Assembly: GCA_028023455.1 (NCBI GenBank) | Contig: JAQFVV010000005.1 | Span: 4,154,001-4,218,000 of the forward strand | DNA from: Epiperipatus broadwayi | Lineage: Eukaryota > Animalia > Onychophora | Direction of reading: 5' to 3' | DNA length: 64,000 nt | In this document: positions 39,587-51,828 of the stretch, piece after piece | How positions within the stretch are numbered: the first letter of the stretch is position 1 | Layout: each line of letters starts with the position of its first letter | Position numbers and translations under genes: made by a program | The notes under the pieces: model-generated | What the model was told of the DNA's origin: nothing | The model's input: the letters and a program-made list of their open reading frames with translations, nothing else | Database searches by the model: none

Positions 39587-39884
39587 GCTGGGTCTCTAAA
39601 AACTAGATCTAAAATACTAACTCAAAAGTCAGCACTTATAAAACACGTTTCTATCAATTCAAAAGTCTGAACTTTTTGGAAGTGTAAATGTCTTCAAATC
39701 CAGCTTTGCAAACCAGATAGTTATATGGGTCTAAATTCAGCTCCATGTAGCTATCTGGTTTGCAAAGCTGGATTTGAAGACATTTACATGTCCAAAAAGT
39801 TCAGACTTTTGAATTGATAAAAATGTGTTTTATAAGTGCTGACCTTTAAATTAGTATTTTAGATCTACTTTTTAGAGACCCAGC

Positions 39885-39929
39885 CCTCCACTGAGGTGAG
39901 CCATAGCTTGAAACCAATTGGTCTGTAGG
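39885..39929 (+). ncRNA. Hammerhead (family B), variant core
   Basis: CCTCCA CTGAGGT GAGC CATA GCTT GAAA CCAATTGG TC TGTAGG. Confidence 0.7.
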
Positions 39930-40302
39930 TAGGATCAATGGTAGAGATTTTGAATTCTTTCTCTTTCGGCACTTATAAAAACAAAGCTTGTTTAGAGTTA
40001 TTAGTAAGCTCCATCTAGTAATCATTTAAATGCAAGCTTAAAAGCAAGTTACGAAATTCACAACTTGTTTTATTAATTATTATAAGTGTACCTTTGATGG
40101 CTTTTGTGATGCTATATTGCAGAGGCTATTACTATATCATGAAACTGAGCTGAATTCAGTTCCATATAGCTATCTTGTTTAAAAATCTGGATTTAAAGAC
40201 ATTTACGTGTCTGAAAAGTTCAGACTTTCAAATTGATAGAAACATATTTTATAAGTGCTGACTTTTGAGTTAGTATTTTAGATCTAGTTTCTAGAGAACA
40301 GC

Positions 40303-40348
40303 CCTCCATTGAGATGAGCCATAAGCTCGAAACCAATTGGCCTGGAGG
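40303..40348 (+). ncRNA. Hammerhead (family B), variant core
   Basis: CCTCCA TTGAGAT GAGC CATAA GCTC GAAA CCAATTGG CC TGGAGG. Confidence 0.65.
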
Positions 40349-40552
40349 TAGGATCAACGATAGAGATTTTGAATTCTTTCTCTTTCCACACTTATTAAAA
40401 CAAAGCTTGTTTAGAACTATTGGTAAGCTCCATCTAATGATCATATATATATATCAAGGACAAAGCATCCATCTATTGAATGGAATGAGTGCTTCCATAG
40501 AAAAAATTACTAAAACTTTCAAAACATTAATTAAAATTCAATTTAAAAAATT

Positions 40553-40990
40553 CACTTTCAATTTTTTACCAACAGATGAATTGTTTTTATATGTGGCAAC
40601 GTATGAGTTTGGCCAATGCATTATTGGTTGATTATTAGAAGTTCAAACAATGCTAAAATCTAATTTACAGAATTTAAGAATATTAAAAGTATTTGGAAAA
40701 TAAAAATATATTGATAATGTATTATCTGCATTTAAACTAATCACAGTCTGATTAATATAAAAAATGAAAAATGAGCAGTTCAAACTCATTATTTTTTGTA
40801 TGGAATTTCTGTCAACTTTCAATTGTTTTTACCAACAGTTGAATTGTTTTTATATATGGCAAAAAATGAGTTTGACCAATGCATTATTGGTTGATTACAA
40901 GAAGTTCAAATAATGCTAAAATCTAATTTACAGAACTTAAGAATGTTAAAAGCTTTTGAAAGATAAAAATAACTTGGTAATTTATTCTCT
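40553..40990. repeat. Diverged direct repeat, period about 260 bp
   Basis: ACCAACAG...CAATGCATTATTGGTTGATT...CTAATTTACAGAA occurs twice. Confidence 0.85.
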
Positions 40991-42767
40991 AATTTACAAA
41001 TAAGAGTTTCAGATTTTTCTAAATGTGTGTAATATATATATATATATTAGGTACTATTATGTAAAAATTGTTGTGGCAAGTGAAATAAAAACATTATTAA
41101 AAAAGATTATATAGTGTGCTTCTGTTCTTTAAAATGTCATGCTTCATCACTGATATATATATATGATATGTGTGTAAGAGTACATTTTATTACTCAATAT
41201 TCCATTCTTCAAATGACTGAATTAACAAAAGAAAAAGGCAAAGAAAGATGCTTCATCATTTCACCAAAGTATCAAATTCTCACATATAATTTCATCATTA
41301 TTCATTTATTGTATTTTATTATGATTTAGTCTACAAGATATAATAAATATATTCCTAATAATTTGATGTATTTATTCAAATATTTATATGTCAATATTAA
41401 GTTATACAAAAAAAGTATATTTGTAAATTAAGTTATAATGTATCTTTTTAATGTATATAATATAGTTTCTTTCAATATGCATATATAAAATATATATACC
41501 TATAATGTAATTTAAAATTTTTACACTCTTTCTAAAGAGTAAAATTGTGCTATTTTTCTTATTCATTCTTATTTTAATAAAATTTAAGGATGAAATTTGT
41601 GTTAAATTTATAAATGTCAAAAGTATGTCAGTCATTTTTGTGATAAAAATGACAACGGGAATGAATTTTTTTTTAAATTTCTATTTCTTTTTTAATATTT
41701 TCTAATTTAACTCGATAGATTTAAGAAAAAAATAAGTGGATCTTATTCCTGATTTTATTATTATTAGAAAGACTTTTAACTAATGTATTAAATAGTTCTA
41801 TTTGACATGGATATTTATTTTTTATATATGATTAATTTTTAAGAAAAATCATATATAGCTTCAGTGATATTCTTTCATTTACACATTCTTATTGTTTCTA
41901 TGATGGGCCCTGACCTTAAAATGACAGTAGACTTATTAGACCATCAGAGTGGGTGAGAAAGCTTATCTAGAATTTCTAAATATATGGACTCAGTCCGATG
42001 TCATTCCTGAGAGGTGATGTATTAGCACACAAACATGTGTCAAAAATCTACCTGTATACTCATCTTTTTTCTCCATTTTTAACTTCCATTTATTCAGTAA
42101 TTTGAACTTAGGGAAAATATGCATAATATTCTATTTCAGGGTATATCAATGTCACTGATCATAATATGCTAGCATATGACAAAATGAGAACTAAATATAG
42201 AAAAAACACAAACAACAGCCTTTAATTTAAAATCACATATTTAATTACATTCAAATATCAGCCTTTCAAGCTAATTGAGCACGCACCTTTTCAGAGTGTT
42301 AAATAAATGAATACTTTCCTCTTCAATCCAGGATATAGTATTTATGCAGGAATAAAAAGGGTCCTCTTATTCCCACGACTCAAATTTTTTTTATATGAGC
42401 AAATCTGAAGAACTGTTGAGGAGAGCGTGAGTAGAATTCTCACTTTAAATTACTATTTACGATGCTTTTTGACTGAATGAGTCGGTGAAATTGCTACAAA
42501 TTTATTTACAATTAACATAACTTAGGCAATGAGGTTATAACAAAAATAAATAATTTGTTTAGTTATCAATAAATATTCTTTGATTATTGCTGTTAATATC
42601 ATTAATCCATTCACTGTTTCCCTTCAATAAATACTCATCCAATATCAATACTAACACAAAAAATTAAATTATAATTTATTGTTATTTAGGTTTACACTTG
42701 CTTGCTAATTTAAACTTTATCAAAATTATAATTCATTATTTCCAATACATTTATTGATTAGTTCATA

Positions 42768-43026
42768 TCAATAATGTGGTGGTGGTATGAGATTCCCCCC
42801 CCCTCTTCTATTATGATCTGTCCCTACAGAGATAGGAAATACCATTCACACTAGAGATTATTAATCATATATCAAAAAACAAATAAATAAATGATGAAAT
42901 GATTAGTAATAACAAGCAAAAAACAAATAACAGTGTCACTACAAGTATTGGCATTTAATGTATAATAGGGTACAATCTTACCTCTCCCCTGGTGATGATT
43001 AAATTTATCAGCAAGAAAGTTCATGC
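42768..43026 (-). CDS. Candidate last two exons (42982-43026 and 42768-42823) of an unidentified gene: (G)MNFLADKFNHHQGRGTDHNRRGGGNLIPPPHY*
   Basis: Canonical cag|...|gtaag and ctgtag| sites, compatible phases, stop followed by AATAAA; no recognised homology. Confidence 0.4.
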
Positions 43027-43199
43027 CTGAATCTATATTTGATTTTAATTTACAATTAAAGCTAATATTGCTTTTCCTCGTTCTAACCTATCATGAGTTT
43101 ACACCACCACCTCCTTCAATCTATAGTAAAGGAAAGAAATAAAACAAAAAATATACATAGGATAAAAATAAAAATATGACTTCAACCTATAATAGTCTA

Positions 43200-44490
43200 T
43201 AAAGAAAATATCCTAAAAGAATTATAAATGTCCTCATTGATCCGGTTCATGTTTCAGTTGGTGGGATTTGAGTGTTCTAGAACATGCATGATGGTGCTCA
43301 GAATTTTTCTCTTTGTATGGCCTGTTTTGAGATGTTGAATTTGCAGCTTCACATCTAAATAGTAAAGTTGATAGTGTTCATAACATAAATGAATAAATGC
43401 TATGCTGAATTAAATTAGGTTTCGGAGTTACAGTTCTATGGGTGATGTCTTTTCTTCCCCCAATGTAACTTCATACTTAGAAACACATCACTGTTTGTGT
43501 TTCTATATATGTAGTTGATAAAAATTATTGAGTTTGTTGAGAAGCTTGATATTCACTGTTAGAAATATCAAGATAGAATTGATCTACTCTCTGGCTCAAA
43601 CTTGAAAATACTCTTGAAATATTGAATAGTTTAAGCTGTTTTGGGATTTATAATTCAAAATCTTTTAGTTGTCTAGGTTTAAATCTGTATGCCCTTGAAT
43701 CTAGCTTTAACTCATATCCACTGAGATATTTCCATTTTAATGTGTTATTTTGATGGTGGCTGATTTCTCTCTCCAAACCACAAGTTTGATTTTTGCGCTC
43801 ACAAAATGTATATGTTGGTTAGCCGATAGGAGTTTTTGATCTGATTTTTGAGAAAAAGGTCATTTGTTTATATCTTTTGCTACTCACCAAAATGAAATTG
43901 TTCTATTTAATGTGACTTTGATGATTTTATGCATCAGATTAATTATTTATGTCATTTGTATATGATGGATTAACAACAATAAACATTTTATTTATTATTT
44001 TTTCCTTTAAGTTTTTTTTTATTTTGTTTGCATCTAAACTTGATCATCCTTTCCTTGTATTGCTGTAAGGATGTAAGTTACACAACAATTGATAAGAAGT
44101 TTTTAACAAAGATAAGTATTAGTGTCTACATTTTATAGTTTACTTTAGATAATGTATTTATCATATGTTTATTAAATGTTTAATTATAAAATAATTTAAA
44201 CATTTAATTTTGGAAATAATTACTTGTTTCTCAGCTACAGTGCTTGTGACTAATTTCATCTTTTGGTAATAAGTTTTATTTGCTTTGCATTATCTTTATA
44301 TGTATAGCTTGCTTTCTATTATATGTAGAGAATGTTGTTATTGTGAGTATCGAATATGAATTAGGTAAGGGTGCTTTTAAATAGTTTTGGAGGAATGTAA
44401 GACCACATCTTACAATATACATATTGTTAAAAGAAGGTTGCCTTGACAACAGTTTGAAATTGTGGATTGTTATCTATATTGGGATTGTCT
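43200..44490 (-). mobile_element. Decayed LINE (RT and C-terminal region; clade uncertain)
   Basis: Fragmentary RT-like peptides on the minus strand. Confidence 0.5.
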
Positions 44491-44494
44491 AAGG

Positions 44495-44892
44495 CAGGGG
44501 TCCCCAACCTTTTTGCACTTAAGAGCACATTCTATAATACCGTCCAGGTGGCGGGCACCATTTATTTTTTCAACCAGGTGGCGAGCACCATTTATTTTTT
44601 CAATATAAATTTATAATTGGATATTATTAATAATACACATAATGTACAAAAAAATATTTATTTCAAAAATAAAATTTTAACATATAATTAACGTTTATAT
44701 TTTTACGCTGTAAAAGTATAGTATGCCCTACAATTTGATTACAATATAATATAATAATTTATAAAAAAATTTAAAAATTAAATTTATTTGTATCAGATAA
44801 ATAATTTTTTATCATGTTCACATAGCGGCGGGCATATGTAAAATGGTCTGTGGGCACCATGGTGCCCGCAGGCATAGGGTTGGGGACCCCTG
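44495..44892. mobile_element. hAT (Charlie-type) MITE
   Basis: TIRs CAGGGGTCCCCAACC / GGTTGGGGACCCCTG; perfect 8-bp TSD GTCTAAGG. Confidence 0.95.
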
Positions 44893-44976
44893 GTCTAAGG
44901 GTTGACTAGTTTCTAATGGTTACTTATAAATCCATTTAGCATAGAACATTATTACTCTTACTATATATATATTGAA

Positions 44977-45142
44977 AAATATTTTAATAAATGGTAATTC
45001 CATTTTTAATTCTAGTGTAAAATTTGCATCCCTAATCACTTGCAAAACAGAGAAAATAGTATACTTGGTTTTGGTTAGTATCATCATAGCTGCAGATTTT
45101 AACTAGAATTAAAAATGGAATTCCCATTTATTAAAATATTCA
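44977..45142. repeat. Inverted repeat, about 43-bp arms
   Basis: AATATTTTAATAAATGG...TTCTAG versus CTAGAATTAAAAATGG...AAAATATT. Confidence 0.8.
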
Positions 45143-45381
45143 ACCACTTATAACATTTATAAAAACAAATTATACATATATAAATTAATAGTATTCATTA
45201 AGATAAATTTTAGTCAATAAATTAATGAAACAAAAAGTATCAATTACAAACAGTATTGCAAGATAGTAATATATTATTAAGGCTCATATCATATTATTGT
45301 ATGTAATCACTAAAAATATATTTGACTTGAAAAAGCTGTCCTAGGAAATTATCTATATTAATAATTGCATTAAGGCATATA

Positions 45382-45638
45382 TATAAAATAATCCCAGTGC
45401 ATAACGCTATACTGAAATAAATATACAAATATTAAACATTAAATCACTCCACACGGTTAAGAAATACAGTACCGCCCTCTGTGAACTAATATATAAATAC
45501 ATTAGAGTTCGTATTTCAAAATGTATTTATATATTAGTTCACAGAGGATGCGTGTGCTGGATTTCTTAACCGTGTTGCGTGATTTAATATTTGTATATTT
45601 ATTTCAGTATGGCGTTATGCACTGGGATTATTTTCTAT
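45382..45638. repeat. Family D fold-back
   Basis: About 120-bp arms homologous to the 20.15-kb copy. Confidence 0.9.
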
Positions 45639-45734
45639 ACATTTGTGTTAGGTGGTTTAAAGATTAAAATTACTAAAGTTTAGTTTGTCTTTATATAATA
45701 ATAGTAAAACATGTTTGTTTGTAGCAAAGTTCTT

Positions 45735-45858
45735 GTCTTGCATTGGTGGTCCAGAGATCAGCACGACTGCCTTGCACTTGTAGGCGGATGCCTGGGTTGC
45801 CCAACCCGGGTTGCGGGTTCGCGTTCCGGCCAATGCTATGATACTTTAAAAAAAAAAA
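45735..45858 (+). mobile_element. tRNA-derived SINE (family S1), longest copy
   Basis: A-box-like TGGTCCAGAGATC, B-box-like GGGTTCGCGTTCC, poly-A tail. Confidence 0.82.
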
Positions 45859-45891
45859 TTTCAATTTCAATATATAACATCATATAGCAGA

Positions 45892-46085
45892 CTCTGTGAA
45901 CTAATATATAAATACATTAGAGTTCGTATTTCAAAATAGCCAGATCAAAATGATACCACTTATATAAAAAAATGTGATGTCATTTTGATCTGGCTATTTT
46001 GAAATACGAACTTTAATGTATTTGTATATTGGTTCACAGAAGGCGGTACTGGATTTCTTAATCGTGTGGGGTGATTTAATGTTTA
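45892..46085. repeat. Family D fold-back with a different turning point
   Basis: Centre near 45966; the arms include AGCCAGATCAAAATGA, absent from the other copies. Confidence 0.88.
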
Positions 46086-46192
46086 ATATTTATATATAAT
46101 ATTGGAAACTTTAGAGTTATAATTTTCAAAATAAAAGGAAGGAATTATTATTATTGGTTTTTTTTTATTATTTGAAAGTATATATATATTAT

Positions 46193-46400
46193 GAGGGGGG
46201 GGACTGTAATAAATTTAATCATTTTATGTACATATATGTATTTTATTAATTATATTTAATGTATGTATTTTAATAATTATATTTATTGTAATGTAAATAA
46301 TGTTCATTGGAGGAAATGCTGTAGGGTAATTGATCATGTGGTTGTGTAAAAAGAAACAACTTGAAAAGCTTCCATTAAGGAATGAAAGCCAGGTTGATGT
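46193..46400 (+). mobile_element. Possible LTR remnant (G-rich PPT followed by TGT)
   Basis: GAGGGGGGGGAC-TGTAAT; no partner LTR seen. Confidence 0.25.
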
Positions 46401-47081
46401 ATTAAATTATTATTTTTCTTTATAGTGAGTTGTCTATTTCCATTTTGTTTTAAATTGATTATTTTTAATATATATATACTCAAGCATCATTTACTAATAA
46501 ATAAATAAGATTTATATATACACACATGAACATTCTTCATAATTATGTTTATAATTACAACAAAACAATCATTACTAACGATTATAATGGCTTTTATGTA
46601 AAAATATAACCAAATATTTTTTTTCAATAGATAAAGACAATTGAGTTCTACTTGTATAATTTACATCCACATTGAACACTAGATATAAAATCCTATTGTT
46701 TTAATGTCAATTTTTGAGTTAAAAATGAGTTTTCCATTTATTAAAAAAAGCATAATAAAAAAGTCTTATTATTTGTTATAAACGTATGCATGATTGATAT
46801 GAATCTGAAATTTGTATATAAAAAATCTATCATGCCTGTGCAGAAAATATATGATGTAGAAATTGTCATGTGATTTATTTAAAAAAAGGTAAATGTTTCT
46901 GATTAATTTAATTGTTTCCAAACTGCCAATGTTTAGACATTGACTTATTTAAAATTTTGAAACATGCGTATACCAGTATGACCCATGTACCAATTAATAT
47001 TGGAGATGATGTGCAGAAAAAATGTTTATAGTTGCGATTACACTAAACTTTTATTTAATATAGAATATTTCAAATCTGAAA

Positions 47082-47153
47082 TTTTTTTTCTCATGTGTCA
47101 TAGCATCAGCCTGAAAGCAGTTGTCGTTGACCTCTCAACCACCAATGCTTGAC
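47082..47153 (-). mobile_element. SINE S1, internally deleted
   Basis: GTCAAGCATTGGTGG...GATGCTATGACACATG-A tail; TSD AATCTGAAA. Confidence 0.8.
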
Positions 47154-48483
47154 GAATCTGAAAAATTACTATACCATACGTTACGCCTACTGTTAAAAAT
47201 CATTCTCAACTATTGTGAGAAATTTATAACTTTCTTTCAAAGATTTAATACAGTATATATGAATATTCGATTGTGAATACATTCAAACTTTGAAATAAAT
47301 TAATATGCAATGCTAATATGTATAAGGAATGTTTAGCTATTATTTCTATAGGAGTGATACAAATATTTAAGCTCTTAAATTATATAAGAAATCGAAGTTA
47401 TTCTTAATGCACACACAAACATTTGTATCTCTAGACATGAAATTGACTATAATCAACAACTTGTCATATAAGTTTAAAACATACCTTAAATGCTTTCCAG
47501 TTTTGCACAGAACATTTATGCATACATGGGAAAAAGATACTTCTTTCCATTTACCTGTCTATGATCATACATAGACTATAATTGTTGTTATACTCTAATA
47601 ATAGGATTGAATATTTAAATAAGCCAAGAATAATATCATGACAAGGATAACTGAAAATTTTAATTAGAAAAGCTTATCAAAATGTAATCGGCTGATTTAA
47701 TTAAATTAGAAACCGAAAAACACCATGTATTATTTGATTATTAAAAGAATAAAAACTTTTAGCAGTTTGGAAAACAAGTTGTTAATTTAGGGAGACAGAT
47801 ACTGTATTAATTAATATTTATACATATTGTAAATATACCATGAATTTGTTTTATAAATGAAGTGTTATTATACGAATGAATAAAAAAAAATACTGCTTCA
47901 AAAATAAAAAAAAACTTAGAATTTATTTTTAACAGTGTTTTTTCCAAGTTAGTTAGAAAACATTATTAAATCTATTTCTAAAAACTTACCGTCAAAGACA
48001 AACCATTGGTTATAAATATCGTATGTAATCTATTCAAAAGTATATGTCTAACAAAAAATTTTTTTTTCTTTTTTTAACTAATAGATTTTTTTTTTTTAAT
48101 TTTATATTCTTATTAGAGAGATTACAATTTTATTCCGGTCAGAGATATAAATCATTTCAAATCCTCTTCGTCAAAAGGATTACAAGATGAGAAATTAAAT
48201 CTATTGTGAAAAGAAAGAATTAACATTTTATAGGCAAAGTTCTTACAATACGAAATGCTGAAATACTTTTGAGACAAGAAAAAAAAATAGACGGAAATAA
48301 CGAAATGAAAATTTTAAAAAATTTAAAAAGTATTAAAAGAACGATTATTTAAAGCAAAAAGAAACCAATTACAAATTATACCATTCAACAAATAAATTAT
48401 ACCATTCTGAAAAAAAAAACCAATTAAAATTTCAAACTATGCTATAGTAGTATTTTAAATCTTAAAAACAAAAAATAAAATAA

Positions 48484-48538
48484 GTCTTGCGTTGTTAGCC
48501 GAGAGGTATCGCAGCCGCCTATGACATATGAAAAAAAA
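48484..48538 (+). mobile_element. SINE S1, very short internally deleted copy
   Basis: GTCTTGCGTTGTTAGCCGAGAGG...CTATGACATATGAAAA; A-rich TSD-like flanks. Confidence 0.72.
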
Positions 48539-49077
48539 CAAAAAATAAAAATAAAAAAGCTGTTAAAAAATGAAAACTTTATTTTATGTATTAATTTGAT
48601 TATTTTATTTAATATATTAATCCCGAAGAAGTTCAGAAATGATATATATATATAGTCTTTCGTATAATTTTTCACATAAGATTATCATAAAATAATAAGC
48701 TCTCTATATATCATATTAGATTTACACACCAAATATAATAAAAAAAATGCATTTTAGCTATCTCTAGATATACGTGTATGTGGAAAATTGCAATTATTAT
48801 TTTTAAAATTCACAAGAACAGCATCAATAAAGCATGCATTAATATAAGAAACTATATTATTATTCTATTAGATATTCAAATTTCCAAAATATCAGATAAT
48901 CACGGATATTATATGAAACAATTATGTAGTATAATCAAGTGATTGATATTTATATTGAGTTGCTTTAAAAGTTTTAATCTTTTCCAGGGTCTTTTCAGTC
49001 TAGAACTAGAATGGTATTACCCTGATTTATAATTGTCCAATCTTAGAGTGTTTCCACCTGCTCAGTGTGGTTTAGAC

Positions 49078-50950
49078 CAGAAGGCTCCAAACTTTTCATT
49101 GCAAGGACCAAATTGTTTATTTCAATACTTTCAACGGGCCTTAACAAAAAAAAAAAATTTAAAAAAATATTCAGGTTAAAAAGATAACTATTTATATGAA
49201 TGGTCAAACTGTTTTTGTGTTTTTTAAAATATTATTAAATTAAGGTTCAAATTTTAAAATGCCAATTACAAGTAGCAACTTCAAATGTTCATTAGATAAA
49301 TTTGCCCTGTATTTTGATTTGATATATTTCATTCTGGAAAAAGTTTGTTTACAAAAATACATTGTCCCAAAAATGGAAATAAATTTACTAGCAAATTTCT
49401 TTAAATTTGAAAACTGCACAGGGTTCAAAAGTTTATAAAAATCGATCAAATTTCCTTTCTTTTATTTGTCTTTAATATGATTTTGCTGAAGTTCAATAAT
49501 TTCCATTTGAATTTGACATGGGACTTCTGCACATCACGATCAAATGGATTTTGAAACAATCTAATTTCCTTAGCACAGGCATCATCTAAATCAGCAAGTC
49601 GTTTCTGAAATTGTTGTTTTAAATCTGAAATGATATAATTTGTGAACATAGACGGAAATTCTGTTTCATATTTTTATGCAATTCTGAACAGTATGGTATA
49701 TGAGCAAAATTACAATCTTTAATTTGGCTTTCCAAAAGTATCAACTTTGCTCTGAATGCCTTAATATGGGAAAATAAATCACAAACTAAATTATTTTCAT
49801 TCTGTAACTTTAAATTCAAATTTTTCATATGATTCACCAGATCTTCAAGAAATGCAAACTACCAAAGCTACTCAGTATTTGATAAAAGTAGATCATAATG
49901 GGTTTTCTTAGTAAGAAATATATTAATTTCATTCCTGAGCTGAAAAAAGCATGAAAAAAACATGCCACAGTTAAAACATCAAACTGCAGTATAATATGTG
50001 AAGTCACCATGCTCAGGACCATATTCCTTGAGAAAAGACTGAAACTGTCAATGATTAAGTGCATGAGAGTAAATGAAATTGACCATAGAAATAAAGGTTT
50101 CAAGACACACCTCACATCAATGTGTTTTCCACAAAGTGCTTGTTGATGAATAACACAAATGAAAAAAACAGTGGTTTTGATATTCCCACATTCTCATAAG
50201 CTTTTGTGATTAGTTCAACTAAATCCATTTTTGTGCCAGATATGTATATTCCTCCAGAAACTGTTATGCACCCCAATTTATTCTAATCTAAATTATATTG
50301 TTAGTGTTTTTCATACTTCTTTGAAGATGTTCTCTCCTGTTATAGTATCATGCATACTGTGAAATGACACTAATTCCTGTGTGACATTAACTGCATTATC
50401 AATGTCTCAAAAATATTAGGAGTTGCAGAGTTGGAGGTATTACAAACATCATTTGATTTATCCAATGTGAAAGAATACTGAAAAAACCCTGCATTGCCTA
50501 CAATTTGTTGAACAATATTATTTCCCATACTTTTTATCTGCCATGCAACATTATTTAGTCCAAGACTTATCATTTTAAAAAGATTGTTTTTCTGGGCATA
50601 ACTCAACCACTGCTTCTGTCATGCATTCTTTAATAATACTGCCATCAGTAAATGGTTCCCCTCTTTTAGCCAACACATAAGCAACCTTATAGCTTACTAA
50701 TGTTAAAGCATTATTTTCTTAATTTGTAATATAAAAATCTTGCTGAGAATGCAGACAGTGACTTAATAATTCAAATTTATCTGAATGCTGCATCCTTTTA
50801 AATTGTGAAAATGTTGAAGCATGTTTTGTTTCATAGTGGCAAGCATTGTATTATTTTAAAACAGAAATACTGTTTTTACAAATCAGATATATGACTTCAT
50901 TTTTTGATTGTATGAGAAAATATTTTAGTTCCATTCTTCATTAAATATAT
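49078..50950 (-). mobile_element. Degenerate hAT transposon, GTF2IRD2/SPIN-like transposase pseudogene
   Basis: TIR-like CAGAAGGCTCCAAACTTTT at 49078; hAT dimerisation domain FGTMYFCKQTFSRMKYIKSKYRANLSNEHL; LNLKLQ and BED-like C...HYETKH motifs. Confidence 0.9.
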
Positions 50951-51763
50951 GATGTTCATCATCAATCTTTCTTTTCTTTTCCCAATTCATGTCATAACTT
51001 TAAAAAAGAATAAATTTATAAATAATTATGAAATTACTAAAATTATAAGTGCTCATACAAGCACATATTTAAATAAGAGAAAATATACATTTAAACATAA
51101 ATTTATCAATTACAAATTAAGTATTACACTGCATTACTATACTTGATACTCAAGAATTCTTGTGGACAATCAATTGTAACATAGCAAAAGACACAAAATA
51201 CAGTATCTGTGTATTTTTAGTAGGTCAACAGCGGAACAGTTTTTTTGTTCAAATATACAGTATTAAGAGCCCCTACCAGTATTTCTTTGTTTTCTACAAT
51301 TTTATATTAAGGAATATGAGTTAGTTGTTAAACTGAAAAAATTAAAAAATCTATTATAAATTTCAATCAGGAGTTGATTTCAAGGTGTTTCATTAGTGTT
51401 TAAACATGGCATACTCATATCAATTTTATTTTAAAATATATACATGTATTAATTCATTTACTATACTATATTTTTTAATATGGCAACATTCAAGGATGAA
51501 TAAAAAATATTAACTAAATTGTAACTCTAATTAGTTTTACTAAATAGTAATAACAAATCAATAGACTCAATTAAAAAATTAATGGCACTGTACTAGAACC
51601 ATCTACAAGACCATGAATTGATAATGTTGATTGAAGCTGAACAATGCTGGAATTTAGATTCACATAAAAGGAAGACTCAACTTTTCTACATCCTCCATAG
51701 CTGACCTAGTATTGGATGACAGGCCTGAAGTCTACATGAAGACAATTGAATGCAAACACTTAC

Positions 51764-51828
51764 CTGATTATACCTTTCTGATGATGACAATCCCAGACTA
51801 GCTCCCATTAAAAGAATTCATCAGATAA
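51764..51828 (-). CDS. Candidate start-codon exon MGASLGLSSSERYNQ (ATG at 51808)
   Basis: Acceptor actaattcttcag and donor CAG|gtaagt; no recognised homology. Confidence 0.3.

Larger units (their letters stand above)
39396..40444. mobile_element. Family B array: inverted arm plus tandem 418-nt monomers with hammerheads
   Basis: Palindrome centred near 39735; plus-strand repeats 418 nt apart (39885 and 40303). Confidence 0.9.
47030..48800. promoter_or_regulatory. CpG-rich patch
   Basis: Many CpGs relative to the flanks; several splice-like sites on both strands. Confidence 0.35.

Noticed and set aside
47430-48300. Multiple exon models on both strands
   Set aside because: Mutually incompatible phases and no recognisable protein; only the CpG richness is reported.
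51260-51275. GAGCCCCT as the right TIR of the hAT fossil
   Set aside because: No matching 8-bp TSD, and a similar context (ATACAGTATTAAGAGCC) recurs at 34140 in unrelated sequence.
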